DNA from: Bacillus andreraoultii
Lineage (GTDB): Bacteria; Bacillota; Bacilli; Bacillales; Caldibacillaceae
Length of the DNA stretch: 24,000 bases
Assembly: GCF_001244735.1 (NCBI RefSeq)
Contig: NZ_LN868935.1
Span: 204,092-228,091, forward strand
Direction of reading: 5' to 3'
The notes below the pieces were generated by a model, which saw nothing but the letters and a program-made list of their open reading frames with translations, searched no databases and had not been told where the DNA came from. Positions 7,977 to 16,637 of this stretch are shown piece by piece. Made by a program: the position numbers and the translations under genes. Numbering within the stretch: position 1 is the first letter of the stretch; the number at the start of each line of letters is the position of its first letter.

Positions 7977-8543
7977 TCAAACTCTCAGTGAACCGCGAAA
8001 TCCCCTTGCCGCATAGTAGGACTCTGCCCCATTATGGTAAACAAAAACCGTGTCATAACGACGATCACAAAAAAGAGCCCCACCAAGATTTCTTATTTTA
8101 TCAGGCGTCTTTATCCAACTCGATGTTTTCATATCAAAATTACCTAATTTCTGGAGCTTGCGGTACTCTTCTTCGGATAGAATCTCAATTCCCATGTCAC
8201 TAGCCATATCTATAGCATTATTCTGTGGTTTATGCGACTTTCTTGACTCTAGTGCTTCCCTGTCGTAGCAAACACTTCTACGGCCTTTAGGGCTTTCCTC
8301 TGAACAATCCATAAAAATATACTCATCTGCCTCTTGGTCATAACCAACGATATCCGGTTCACCACCCGTTCTCTCCATCTCATAGAGTGACCATAATTTT
8401 TCATTATTTGTCTTGAGCTTTCGTTGTACGTTAACCCATTCAAGCCCCAGGTGACGATCCATATTTTTCTCAAAGCGTTTTTTTAATATGTTTCGTATTT
8501 CTTCACATTGTTCTATCGATAACTTTCTTTCTTGTTTTTCCAT
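7977..8543 (-). CDS. Conserved hypothetical protein (resembles the DUF4256 family as I recall it)
   Basis: 188-aa ORF with SD GAGG 8 nt upstream of the ATG. Composition is soluble and globular, with a MERTGGEPDIVGYD motif. The family name is from memory only. Confidence 0.75.
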   Translation of the reverse strand: MEKQERKLSIEQCEEIRNILKKRFEKNMDRHLGLEWVNVQRKLKTNNEKLWSLYEMERTGGEPDIVGYDQEADEYIFMDCSEESPKGRRSVCYDREALESRKSHKPQNNAIDMASDMGIEILSEEEYRKLQKLGNFDMKTSSWIKTPDKIRNLGGALFCDRRYDTVFVYHNGAESYYAARGFRGSLRV

Positions 8544-8633
8544 GCTAAAACCTCATTATCCCTTTATATTCTTTACTTATGCTTATAGGACCAACGCGTA
8601 TTTCCTTAAAACAAAAAATACTCATTTTAAAAA

Positions 8634-9341
8634 CTATTCAATGATTACTTCATTATTTCTTATATCAAGTATAGCAGTTTTACTTGTTCCACCTAATTCA
8701 GCCTGTACGGTGTTTGCTAAATCATTTAACGCGTTCTCAAACTCTTCTGTACGTTTTTCATCAACTAATTCAATGCACAGAAATGCATTCTTTGTTTCTT
8801 CAGTAAGCATCGTTCTGACGGATTCACGCCAATTCCAACAACGGCAAATTGCGCCCACTTGATCTTTATAAATAATTTCACCTTCGAATGGCGATTCACT
8901 TTTATCTGATCCCAATGTTACAAAATCTTCATCACCAACTGCTTTCGTCAATCTTACATCACCCTGCAATGTATCTATATCTTCTCCACCACAAGGCATG
9001 GCATATCGCAACGAAATCGAGTTGTAAATATCAACTAACGGATTTATCGTCCCCAAATGGTTACCATTTTTTATTCTTTTTAGTAATGCCTCGATTGAGG
9101 AGCGTGCACCTTTTTTTGTTTTGAACTTCTTAAATGCGTCTCTCCAAACTTTAATGACTTCATTATTGCTAAATTCCGGGTCTTGCAAATATTTTCGGGC
9201 TTCTTTTTCCGCTTCTAAAAGAAGGTTGTTATACTTTTCTTCATCTTTTATCGAGTTATCTATCCCATTACAAATGACAATTCCAATTGTTGCTGTGGGG
9301 AAAATTGTCCAAAATGGCTCTTCAATAATAAACTTTTTCAT
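8634..9341 (-). CDS. Stand-alone B3/B4 tRNA-binding-domain protein (PheT-related)
   Basis: 235 aa with SD GAGGAGG upstream. The motif series VWRDAFKKFKTKKGARSSIEALLKRI...INPLVDIYNSISL...PCGGEDID...GEIIYKD..GAICRCWNWRES.RT is characteristic of B3_4 domain proteins. Confidence 0.85.
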   Translation of the reverse strand: MKKFIIEEPFWTIFPTATIGIVICNGIDNSIKDEEKYNNLLLEAEKEARKYLQDPEFSNNEVIKVWRDAFKKFKTKKGARSSIEALLKRIKNGNHLGTINPLVDIYNSISLRYAMPCGGEDIDTLQGDVRLTKAVGDEDFVTLGSDKSESPFEGEIIYKDQVGAICRCWNWRESVRTMLTEETKNAFLCIELVDEKRTEEFENALNDLANTVQAELGGTSKTAILDIRNNEVIIE

Positions 9342-9748
9342 TATCTAACCTCCTCTATTTTATCCATGCCTATGAAAATTACACAAGTATATTTGTCATC
9401 ATAAAGTCAGTCTCACCCATAAAGATTTTGTTCCCTAAACGCTACTTTTAAAGTATAGCAATTTCCAATGTACATTCTTTCGTAGTGAATGTCCTGCGTC
9501 TCTAAGGAATAGCACCTCGAATCTCTTTAATTTTACTATTTTTTCTGCCCCCTAGAAGTAAATAATTGACTAGTCTTTTTTTACATATTACCAAAAATAA
9601 GCATACTTTCAATGAAACTTGGTAAAAAAGTATGATTTAAGGTAAGATAGAAAGTGAATTTTTCCTGGAAATGATTATTCTTTGGATAAAATGAAAGGAA
9701 TTGTAAATAATAAAAATCTAGAACCAACGTATTGAAAGGGTTTGTTGT

Positions 9749-12307
9749 ATGGATATTCGTATTTTGAAAGGAAAGATTACTCAATATTTAAAAATCATTT
9801 TCCCTCTACTATTACTTGTTCTAGCATGCCATGAAATTTGGGTTTTTGCCAAAAGTCTTGATATGGGTCTCATTAAGCATGAAATATATCAAATTCCTAT
9901 TGGATTATTACTACTTGTTATCATTTTTATTGTACTAACGGTTAGTCCTATGTTCTTATATGATCTCATTATTGTAAAAAAATTAGGATTACAATTTCCA
10001 ACAAAAACATTTATCAAACAGGCAATCATTATAAATTCCTTTTCCAATTTACTCGGGTTCGGGGGATTAATTGGTGCAGCATTGCGTGTATATTTTTATA
10101 AAACAAAAGAGGTTAATAGAAATAGCATACTTCGGCTAGTTGGTCATATTACCCTATATTTTTTAACCGGTATTTCCATATTATCGATTATCATGCTCAT
10201 TTGTTTCTTTCATAACCCTCTTTTAACGGAAAAAAAATGGCTTTATTTTGCCATAATCGGGGTTGCTTTATATCTTCCTGTCCTGCTGTTTATTTCTTTA
10301 CAGGAAAAAAGGAAAGAACATGAAGCATTTCTAGATTTATCTTCAAAACTTTTTCTCGTCCTTTCATCTTTTATTGAATGGTTTGCAACATTTTTTGGAA
10401 TCTGGACGTTATCCCAAATATTGCAAATGTCTATAAACTTTGGGGAGCTGTTTACAATCTACGTTATTGCCGCCTGTGCTGGAATTATTAGTATGATACC
10501 AGGAGGACTCGGTTCATTTGACCTAGTATTTATATGGGGTGCACAATATTTTGGCTTCCAAGATGAGAAAGTCGTCGTTTTACTTATCCTTTATCGGCTA
10601 GGTTATTACATCCTTCCTTTTCTAACTGGTACCGTGTTATTCATCAAAGGTTACTGGGATCGTTGGAATAAGGATTGGGATAACTTACCTAATGCAATGA
10701 TTGGATACATTAGCCATTTTCTACTAACTGTTTTCGTCTTTATTTCAGGATTTATTTTACTCTTATCCGCGGCTTTACCTGGTATTCTTGAACGATTTAA
10801 AATTGCAGAGAAGTTTTTTTCGTTACCTATTATAAGTGCGTCCCATCAATTATCTGTTGCGACAGGATTTATTCTTCTTGGATTATCACGAGGAATTCAA
10901 TACAAAGTAAAACCTATTTATTATAGCACATTAATTGTCTTAAGTTTTGCAGCTTTTTTCTCTCTTATTAAAGGTTTGGACTATGAAGAAGCAATTTTTA
11001 TGATTATTGTAATTTTTCTTCTCCTTAGTTCAAAAAAACGTTTTTATCGGGAAAGTTATGTATTTACATGGGGAAGAATCTTTTTTGACATATGTGTTAT
11101 CTTATTTTTTACGTTTTTGTACTTAGCTATTGGATATACGAATCTTCCTGTACATAAGTTCCATATTCCTGCTAGACTTACACCTTATATGATAACAGAC
11201 TATGCAGATTTATTTCATAGCGCAATAATCGGTCTCCTTATTGCCACTATGATATTTATTGTTGGTTATTATTTAAGTCGTTCAAAAAAGTTTCCATTTG
11301 TGACTTCCATCAATCACGAAGCAGAAATTACCGAACATATTCAAAAATTTGAAGGTAATGTTCTCACACATTTAATCTTTCTGCATGATAAGTATATTTT
11401 TTGGAACAGCAAAAGAAATGTCCTTTTTCAATATCAAACATTTGCAGATAAAATGGTTGTTCTCGGTGATCCCATCGGTGAGAAATCAGAATTTCCGAAC
11501 GCGATCGAAGAATTACTAAGAACAGCAGATATTTATGGATATACACCTGTATTTTACGAAATTAGTAATGAACAACTCACTTCTCTTCACGATCTTGGGT
11601 ACGACTTTTTTAAACTTGGTGAAGAGGCATTTGTTGATTTACATCATTTTTCACTTAACGGGAAAAGAATGAAAGGACTTCGGGCTACGAAAAATAAATT
11701 TGAACGGGAAAATTATGTATTTGAGATTTTACAACCACCTCATAGCACGGAGCTGTTAAATACATTACGTGATATATCAAATGAATGGTTAAATGGTCGA
11801 ACAGAGAAAGGATTTTCTTTAGGCTTTTTTGATAAAGATTATTTAAATCGAACAGAATTAGGTGTTTTAAAAGATCCTTCTTCTACCATTATTGGCTTTA
11901 CGAATATTATGCCTGTATATGATCAGGACCGAACCATTTCCATTGATTTGATGAGGTATAAGCAAGACGCTCCTTCTGGTACGATGGATTTTATTTTTCT
12001 ATCGCTATTCCATTGGGCAAAAGAACAAGGATATAAACAATTTAACCTTGGTATGGCTCCACTTTCCAATGTTGGCCATTCTAGATATTCATTTTTTAGT
12101 GAAAAAATTGCGGCTCAAATTTTCTTACATGGACATGTCTTCTATCATTTTCAAGGCTTAAGACAATTTAAGGAGAAATACGAAGTCACCTGGAGGCCAA
12201 AATATTTAGCGTTTAGAAAAAGATCATTACTTCCTATTACGGTCGCACAAGTTACCTTATTAATTGGAAAAGCAAGAGGCGCTAAAACCGTTTTAAAACA
12301 ACGCTAG
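9749..12307 (+). CDS. mprF: Bifunctional lysyl-phosphatidylglycerol synthase/flippase MprF
   Basis: 852 aa. The N-terminal ~530 aa are polytopic membrane (flippase) sequence. The C-terminal cytosolic LPG-synthase domain (...FLHDKYIFW...GDPIG...GFSLGFF...MRY...P.G.MDF...W...G...FNLGMAPL) is present. The size matches Bacillus MprF (~850 aa). Confidence 0.92.
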   Translation: MDIRILKGKITQYLKIIFPLLLLVLACHEIWVFAKSLDMGLIKHEIYQIPIGLLLLVIIFIVLTVSPMFLYDLIIVKKLGLQFPTKTFIKQAIIINSFSNLLGFGGLIGAALRVYFYKTKEVNRNSILRLVGHITLYFLTGISILSIIMLICFFHNPLLTEKKWLYFAIIGVALYLPVLLFISLQEKRKEHEAFLDLSSKLFLVLSSFIEWFATFFGIWTLSQILQMSINFGELFTIYVIAACAGIISMIPGGLGSFDLVFIWGAQYFGFQDEKVVVLLILYRLGYYILPFLTGTVLFIKGYWDRWNKDWDNLPNAMIGYISHFLLTVFVFISGFILLLSAALPGILERFKIAEKFFSLPIISASHQLSVATGFILLGLSRGIQYKVKPIYYSTLIVLSFAAFFSLIKGLDYEEAIFMIIVIFLLLSSKKRFYRESYVFTWGRIFFDICVILFFTFLYLAIGYTNLPVHKFHIPARLTPYMITDYADLFHSAIIGLLIATMIFIVGYYLSRSKKFPFVTSINHEAEITEHIQKFEGNVLTHLIFLHDKYIFWNSKRNVLFQYQTFADKMVVLGDPIGEKSEFPNAIEELLRTADIYGYTPVFYEISNEQLTSLHDLGYDFFKLGEEAFVDLHHFSLNGKRMKGLRATKNKFERENYVFEILQPPHSTELLNTLRDISNEWLNGRTEKGFSLGFFDKDYLNRTELGVLKDPSSTIIGFTNIMPVYDQDRTISIDLMRYKQDAPSGTMDFIFLSLFHWAKEQGYKQFNLGMAPLSNVGHSRYSFFSEKIAAQIFLHGHVFYHFQGLRQFKEKYEVTWRPKYLAFRKRSLLPITVAQVTLLIGKARGAKTVLKQR

Positions 12308-12366
12308 AAACTGTATGAAAATGAAAAAGGAGGAGGTAAACTCGAATATAAAAATATCCGATATAC

Positions 12367-12419
12367 GCCGAACGATGAGTTACTTTTTATTTAGAAACTT
12401 GAATCGTTCGGCTTTTTTT
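12367..12419 (+). terminator. Rho-independent terminator of mprF
   Basis: 10-bp stem GCCGAACGAT (12367-12376) / ATCGTTCGGC (12403-12412). The 26-nt interior has extra AGTT/AACT pairing. T7 follows (12413-12419). Confidence 0.8.
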
Positions 12420-12565
12420 ATGAGTAAATAAAATTTTCTATATCCTTGTTTATCTCGAAAATAACAACGTCTGACACATGAAAAATAATCAAATGAATAT
12501 AAGGGTTTTCCCCTCCGTATGTAGAAATTATATTTTATAACAAGTTTTAGGGACGTAGTATTTTG

Positions 12566-13126
12566 ATGAAAAACAGTTTAATCTATTTTTTTATCTTATT
12601 CTTAATTGGAGGGGGAATTTTAAAATCGAATATGTTTCAAACTAAAGAAATTACATTTCAAGAAGCTTATCATCTTGGTTTTAAAAAAGCAAAAGAATTA
12701 GATAAGAAGGCAGAACTTATGATTTTAAAAAGTGTTGATGATGGTAAAGTAAGTGGGAAAAACGGTAAAAGGGCAAATTGGCAAGGGGTATTTGTTTTAC
12801 CAAATATAAATAAACAAATTCTATTTGTCATTGAAAAAGGGAACATGAAAAATTACGAACTAGCGGATAAATATGATGAATTAACTATAAAGGATGAATT
12901 TGTAAAAATAGATAGTCCACAAATAGTAAAATCAGCAATAAAAGACTCTAATCTTCAACCGTTCCCTAAAAATGATTCGTTTTCACATGGTTATCATTTT
13001 AGAACTTTAAGGGATGAAAAGAATATCTTTTTTGCAGTAAATGGTTGGATAGACGGTAGAAAAGCAGAAATCTATTACAATCCAAAAACAGGAGAATATA
13101 TGGGGAGAACAGAATCAGCAGAATAA
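12566..13126 (+). CDS. Hypothetical exported or membrane-anchored protein (possible PepSY-like repeats)
   Basis: N-terminal hydrophobic signal/anchor (LIYFFILFLIGGGIL). The remainder is Lys-rich and soluble. The C-terminal AEIYYNPKTGEYMG resembles the PepSY terminal strand. ATG 12566 is preferred over TTG 12563. Confidence 0.65.
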   Translation: MKNSLIYFFILFLIGGGILKSNMFQTKEITFQEAYHLGFKKAKELDKKAELMILKSVDDGKVSGKNGKRANWQGVFVLPNINKQILFVIEKGNMKNYELADKYDELTIKDEFVKIDSPQIVKSAIKDSNLQPFPKNDSFSHGYHFRTLRDEKNIFFAVNGWIDGRKAEIYYNPKTGEYMGRTESAE

Positions 13127-13163
13127 GCTCTCCCCTTGATACAGAACTGATCGTAATTATCAC

Positions 13164-13559
13164 TTAGCCAACTTTAATTTTACTTAATTCATCAATGAAT
13201 GCTGGTCTTCGTTTGTTTTCCTGCTTAAGCTCATTTATTAAAGATTGTGCCTGGTTTTTTCCAAAATTGTTCTTATATGTTTGAATGATATGACAAACTT
13301 TGCGATATTGTGACCTGTTACTAGCCTGACAAGCAATTTTTTCAATATACATTCGAAATAATTCTTTCGTCTCTTCATAATAGTCATTTATTAAGTATTG
13401 ATAGTAAGATTCAATATAATAAATATGACGTTTGCAATATTCAAGAAGTTTGTCATATCGTTTTTCCTCAATGACAATTTCAATATAAGTATGCGGTATA
13501 TACTGTCTTTGTTCAAAATCAGCTAATATTTTTGTTAAAAGCTGAGGCCATTCATCCAT
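13164..13559 (-). CDS. Hypothetical 131-aa helical, Tyr-rich protein
   Basis: Open frame with plausible composition, but the SD is weak (TAGG, 10 nt). An in-frame TAA lies 15 nt upstream, so no longer N-terminus is possible. Confidence 0.55.
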   Translation of the reverse strand: MDEWPQLLTKILADFEQRQYIPHTYIEIVIEEKRYDKLLEYCKRHIYYIESYYQYLINDYYEETKELFRMYIEKIACQASNRSQYRKVCHIIQTYKNNFGKNQAQSLINELKQENKRRPAFIDELSKIKVG

Positions 13560-13735
13560 ATCATCATACCTACATTACTCATTGTAATCACCATTTTTAA
13601 AACTTATACGCTTAGAAGTATATGAATGTTAGAAAACTGCCATTTCGTCGAGTGGGACAAGGATTAAAATAGAACGGACCTAAGATTAGATACTACAACT
13701 TGTTAAAGTTCAAACCATTTATTATAAAAAAACCA

Positions 13736-13764
13736 TTGACAGAAAACTTTTATTTTGTTAAATT
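13736..13764 (+). promoter_or_regulatory. Sigma-A promoter of the T-box/brnQ unit
   Basis: TTGACA (13736-13741), a 17-nt spacer ending in TGT (extended -10 TG), then TAAATT (13759-13764). Confidence 0.6.
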
Positions 13765-13782
13765 ATTGCTAAACAATATAAG

Positions 13783-14030
13783 TCGATGACGGGACAGAGT
13801 AGGGAACAACCCTTGTTCTACAGAGAGTCGGTATTTGCTGAAAGCCGATGGACAATTTGATCTTGAAAATCATCCCTGAGATGCAATACTGAATAAAGTA
13901 AGTATTGACGGAATCCTCCGTTATAAGGAGCACGTATGGCGGTACGTGGCAGAGTGTCGTATATTTTACATACGAAATTTGGGTGGTAACGCGAGTACAA
14001 ACTCGTCCCTAATTAGGGGCGAGTTTTTTT
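13783..14030 (+). promoter_or_regulatory. T-box riboswitch leader, probable isoleucine specifier (ATC)
   Basis: Stem I elements appear in canonical order. These are the K-turn GATGA...TGAGA, the AGAGTA specifier-loop 5' side (13796-13801), the AG bulge AGAGAG (13822-13827) and the distal loop TTTGCTGAAAG. The specifier-loop 3' side is GAAA-ATC-A (ATC at 13869-13871, purine A at 13872) abutting the TCCC/GGGA helix. The T-box sequence AAATTTGGGTGGTAACGCG (13976-13994) overlaps the 5' arm of the terminator. Confidence 0.88.
14001..14030 (+). terminator. T-box leader terminator (attenuator)
   Basis: ACTCGTCCCT / AGGGGCGAGT 10-bp stem with one G-T pair, loop AATT, then T7. It is mutually exclusive with the T-box antiterminator pairing. 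Confidence 0.88.
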
Positions 14031-14102
14031 ATTTGTAGAAATGTATGAACCAACAACTTACAAATTGACGGAATTTTCACATCAAGAATAGGAGTGATTA
14101 TA

Positions 14103-15428
14103 ATGAGTAAAAAACAAGTTTTCTTTACAGGATTAATGTTATTTTCTTTATTTTTCGGGGCTGGAAATTTAATATTCCCACCACTTCTTGGATTGGAATC
14201 AGGGAGTCATTTTACACCGGCAATGATTGGTTTTCTACTTACAGGTGTCCTTCTCCCTTTTATGGCAGTATTAGCTGTTGCGACAGTAGATGGAGGATTA
14301 ATTTCAATCGGAAGCCGTGTTGGAAAAGTTTTCGGGATTGTTTTTGCCAGTATTATTTATCTTTCAATCGGCGCATTTTACGGAATTCCACGGGCTGCAA
14401 GTGTTGCCTATGAATTAGGTTTCCAACAATTTTATCAAAGTGATCATCGGCTCACCCTGATTCTTTTCTCTATCCTATTTTTTTCTGTTACGTTTTTCAT
14501 TTGTTTAAATCCAAAAAAAATTGTGCAACGGGTTGGAGAGATTCTAACACCACTTTTACTTATCACACTTGCCATTCTATTTGTTCGTGCCTTTTTCTTA
14601 TTCGAGAATACACAAGCGCCCGTAGCTAAAAAGTATTCAACAACCCCGTTTGTAACAGGATTTTTAGAAGGTTATTTTACGATGGATGCTGTTGCTGCAC
14701 TCGCTTTTGGGATTGTTGTCGTTCATGCGTTAAAAGACAGTGGACTACAGACGCGACGAGAACAAATAAAAGGAACACTTGGTGCTGGACTCATAGCAGC
14801 TGTTGGCTTAGCTCTTGTTTATGTGTCACTTGGATGGATTGGTGTCGTTATGCCAAAAGAGGCGGAATTTTCCGATGGCGCTGAAATTTTAACAACTGCC
14901 TCTCAAATCTTATTCGGTAGTACGGGTAGCTTACTCTTTAGTACAATTGTTTTACTTGCCTGCCTGACTACTTGTGTCGGTTTAATTAATGCAAGTGCTA
15001 GTTTTTTTCAAGGCCTTTACCCAAAATTTAGTTACAAATTTTATGTTGGATTACTTTCAGTGATTGGCTTTTCCGTTTCTAGTCTTGGACTTAATATAAT
15101 TCTAGATATTGCTGCTCCTATGTTAATGTTTATCTATCCGATTTCCATCGTTCTCGTGGCTCTATCACTTCTTGAGCCACTATTTGGAAATGGCAAGATG
15201 ATGTATCGTTTCACTGTCACATTCACATTCATTTACGCCATATATGAAGTCCTAAATAGTTTTCAATTAAACTTAGATGGAATCGCTCAAATCATTGGCT
15301 TTGTTCCTTTCTTTAACCTCGGTTTAGGTTGGATATTTCCTGCAGTTATCGGTGGAATCATTGGATTTTTTGTTGATAAGCTTGTTGGAAAAGAACAATT
15401 CATCTTGCCTGTACAGGAAAAGAATTAG
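14103..15428 (+). CDS. brnQ: Branched-chain amino acid transport system II carrier (LIVCS family)
   Basis: ORF track gives 14094. ATG 14103 has AGGAG 8 nt upstream. The N-terminal signature GLMLFSLFFGAGNLIFPP and ~12 predicted TM segments are typical of BrnQ. It lies downstream of an Ile T-box. Confidence 0.92.
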   Translation: MSKKQVFFTGLMLFSLFFGAGNLIFPPLLGLESGSHFTPAMIGFLLTGVLLPFMAVLAVATVDGGLISIGSRVGKVFGIVFASIIYLSIGAFYGIPRAASVAYELGFQQFYQSDHRLTLILFSILFFSVTFFICLNPKKIVQRVGEILTPLLLITLAILFVRAFFLFENTQAPVAKKYSTTPFVTGFLEGYFTMDAVAALAFGIVVVHALKDSGLQTRREQIKGTLGAGLIAAVGLALVYVSLGWIGVVMPKEAEFSDGAEILTTASQILFGSTGSLLFSTIVLLACLTTCVGLINASASFFQGLYPKFSYKFYVGLLSVIGFSVSSLGLNIILDIAAPMLMFIYPISIVLVALSLLEPLFGNGKMMYRFTVTFTFIYAIYEVLNSFQLNLDGIAQIIGFVPFFNLGLGWIFPAVIGGIIGFFVDKLVGKEQFILPVQEKN

Positions 15429-15440
15429 AGAATAATAATG

Positions 15441-15475
15441 AAACCCGTGCAACTGCAGACGGGTTTCATTTTCCC
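15441..15475 (+). terminator. Terminator of brnQ
   Basis: AAACCCGT (15441-15448) / ACGGGTTT (15459-15466) 8-bp stem with a 10-nt loop, followed by CATTTTCC. Confidence 0.6.
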
Positions 15476-15644
15476 TATTTATAACCATCAATAAGACACC
15501 ATTATATTTATTATTCGTTTACCTTTGCAAATAACATTAGCTAGTTATTTTTCTTGCCTATTATAGATATTCTTTATCCTTGTTTCTTGACAAAATATGA
15601 ATACTTACGAATTGAGTGTGTATAGCATGCCTTACGATTTTTTT

Positions 15645-15676
15645 ATCCAAAAGGTGATCGTTTCAGCTACCACCTC
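15645..15676 (-). terminator. Weak candidate terminator of the PTS operon
   Basis: On the minus strand: GAGGTG, a 14-nt loop, then CACCTT followed by TTGG. The stem is only 5-6 bp. It begins 4 nt after the IID stop. Confidence 0.35.
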
Positions 15677-15679
15677 AAA

Positions 15680-16624
15680 TCATCCAAATATCCCCGCAAC
15701 ATAACCAACAATCCCTAATGCAAATAAGCTAAAAATAATCGTAATAGGACTAACTTTCTTACGCAATAACCAAATACAAAAGAACGTAAGAAGTAATGGC
15801 ATTAGGCCAGGAATTAATGAATTAAAAATATCTTGTAATGTAGTAACTTTCTCTGGGTTAACATTCGCACCGCTTTGAACTTGATTTATTACATTACGAA
15901 TTTGGTTTTCATTTAACTTCCCTTCATTGGCGGCCGCAACTAGCCCGCTAAAATCAACTAGCGATTTTTCATCAACATTGACGCGAGAAACAACTAGTGG
16001 AAAATTCATAGTCGTCCATCGAGGAACGAGTACACCCATAATGAACATTCCTAAAATCGATGCACCTTGGGTAATTTTTTGCATTAAGCCACCACTTAAA
16101 TTTTGAGTAATGTTTGACCCTTGCTTGTAACCCAACTCTTGTGTATACCATAGAAATGCCATTCGTATAATATTCCATACTAGAAAGAATACGATGGGTC
16201 CAAGGATATTTTGCGATAATGCAAGAGAAGCAGCAAAAGCACCTAAAACAGGACGAATCGTACCCCAGAAGATTGGGTCACCAACCCCAGCTAGAGGTCC
16301 CATCATCCCAATTTTTACCCCTTGGACAGCCGCATTATCAATTTGGGCACCTGCTGCCTTTTCTTCTTCTAACGTTAGTGTAACTCCTAAAATAGGAGCC
16401 GACAAATATGGATGTGTATTAAAAAATTCTAAATGGCGTTTTAATGCTTGTGACCGGTCTTCTTTATTTTTATATAGTTTTTTAAGCGCCGGAATCATCG
16501 CATAAGCCCAGCCAACGTTTTGCATCCGTTCATAGTTCCAAGAAGCTTGTAGGAATTGGCTTCTCCAAAATACGGAGATACGGTCTCTTTTACTTAACTT
16601 TTTTGTATTTGTTTGTTCTGCCAT
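15680..16624 (-). CDS. manZ: PTS mannose/fructose/sorbose-family EIID component
   Basis: ORF track gives 15680..16648. ATG 16624 has AAGGAAGTG upstream and starts 11 nt after the IIC stop. The N-terminal RSQFLQASWNYERMQNVGWAYAMIP is the EIID signature. Sugar specificity cannot be inferred. Confidence 0.9.
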   Translation of the reverse strand: MAEQTNTKKLSKRDRISVFWRSQFLQASWNYERMQNVGWAYAMIPALKKLYKNKEDRSQALKRHLEFFNTHPYLSAPILGVTLTLEEEKAAGAQIDNAAVQGVKIGMMGPLAGVGDPIFWGTIRPVLGAFAASLALSQNILGPIVFFLVWNIIRMAFLWYTQELGYKQGSNITQNLSGGLMQKITQGASILGMFIMGVLVPRWTTMNFPLVVSRVNVDEKSLVDFSGLVAAANEGKLNENQIRNVINQVQSGANVNPEKVTTLQDIFNSLIPGLMPLLLTFFCIWLLRKKVSPITIIFSLFALGIVGYVAGIFG

Positions 16625-16637
16625 TTTTTCACTTCCT

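Noticed and set aside
12315-12431. Strong orphan SD AAAGGAGGAGG (12326-12336) and a 38-codon frame starting at ATG 12315 after mprF
   Set aside because: No ATG, GTG or TTG lies 5-12 nt downstream of the SD. The ATG 12315 frame has no SD of its own and runs straight through the mprF terminator hairpin. It is probably fortuitous.
13818-14000. 60-aa minus-strand ORF
   Set aside because: It lies entirely within the T-box leader on the opposite strand, and the region is fully explained by the riboswitch.
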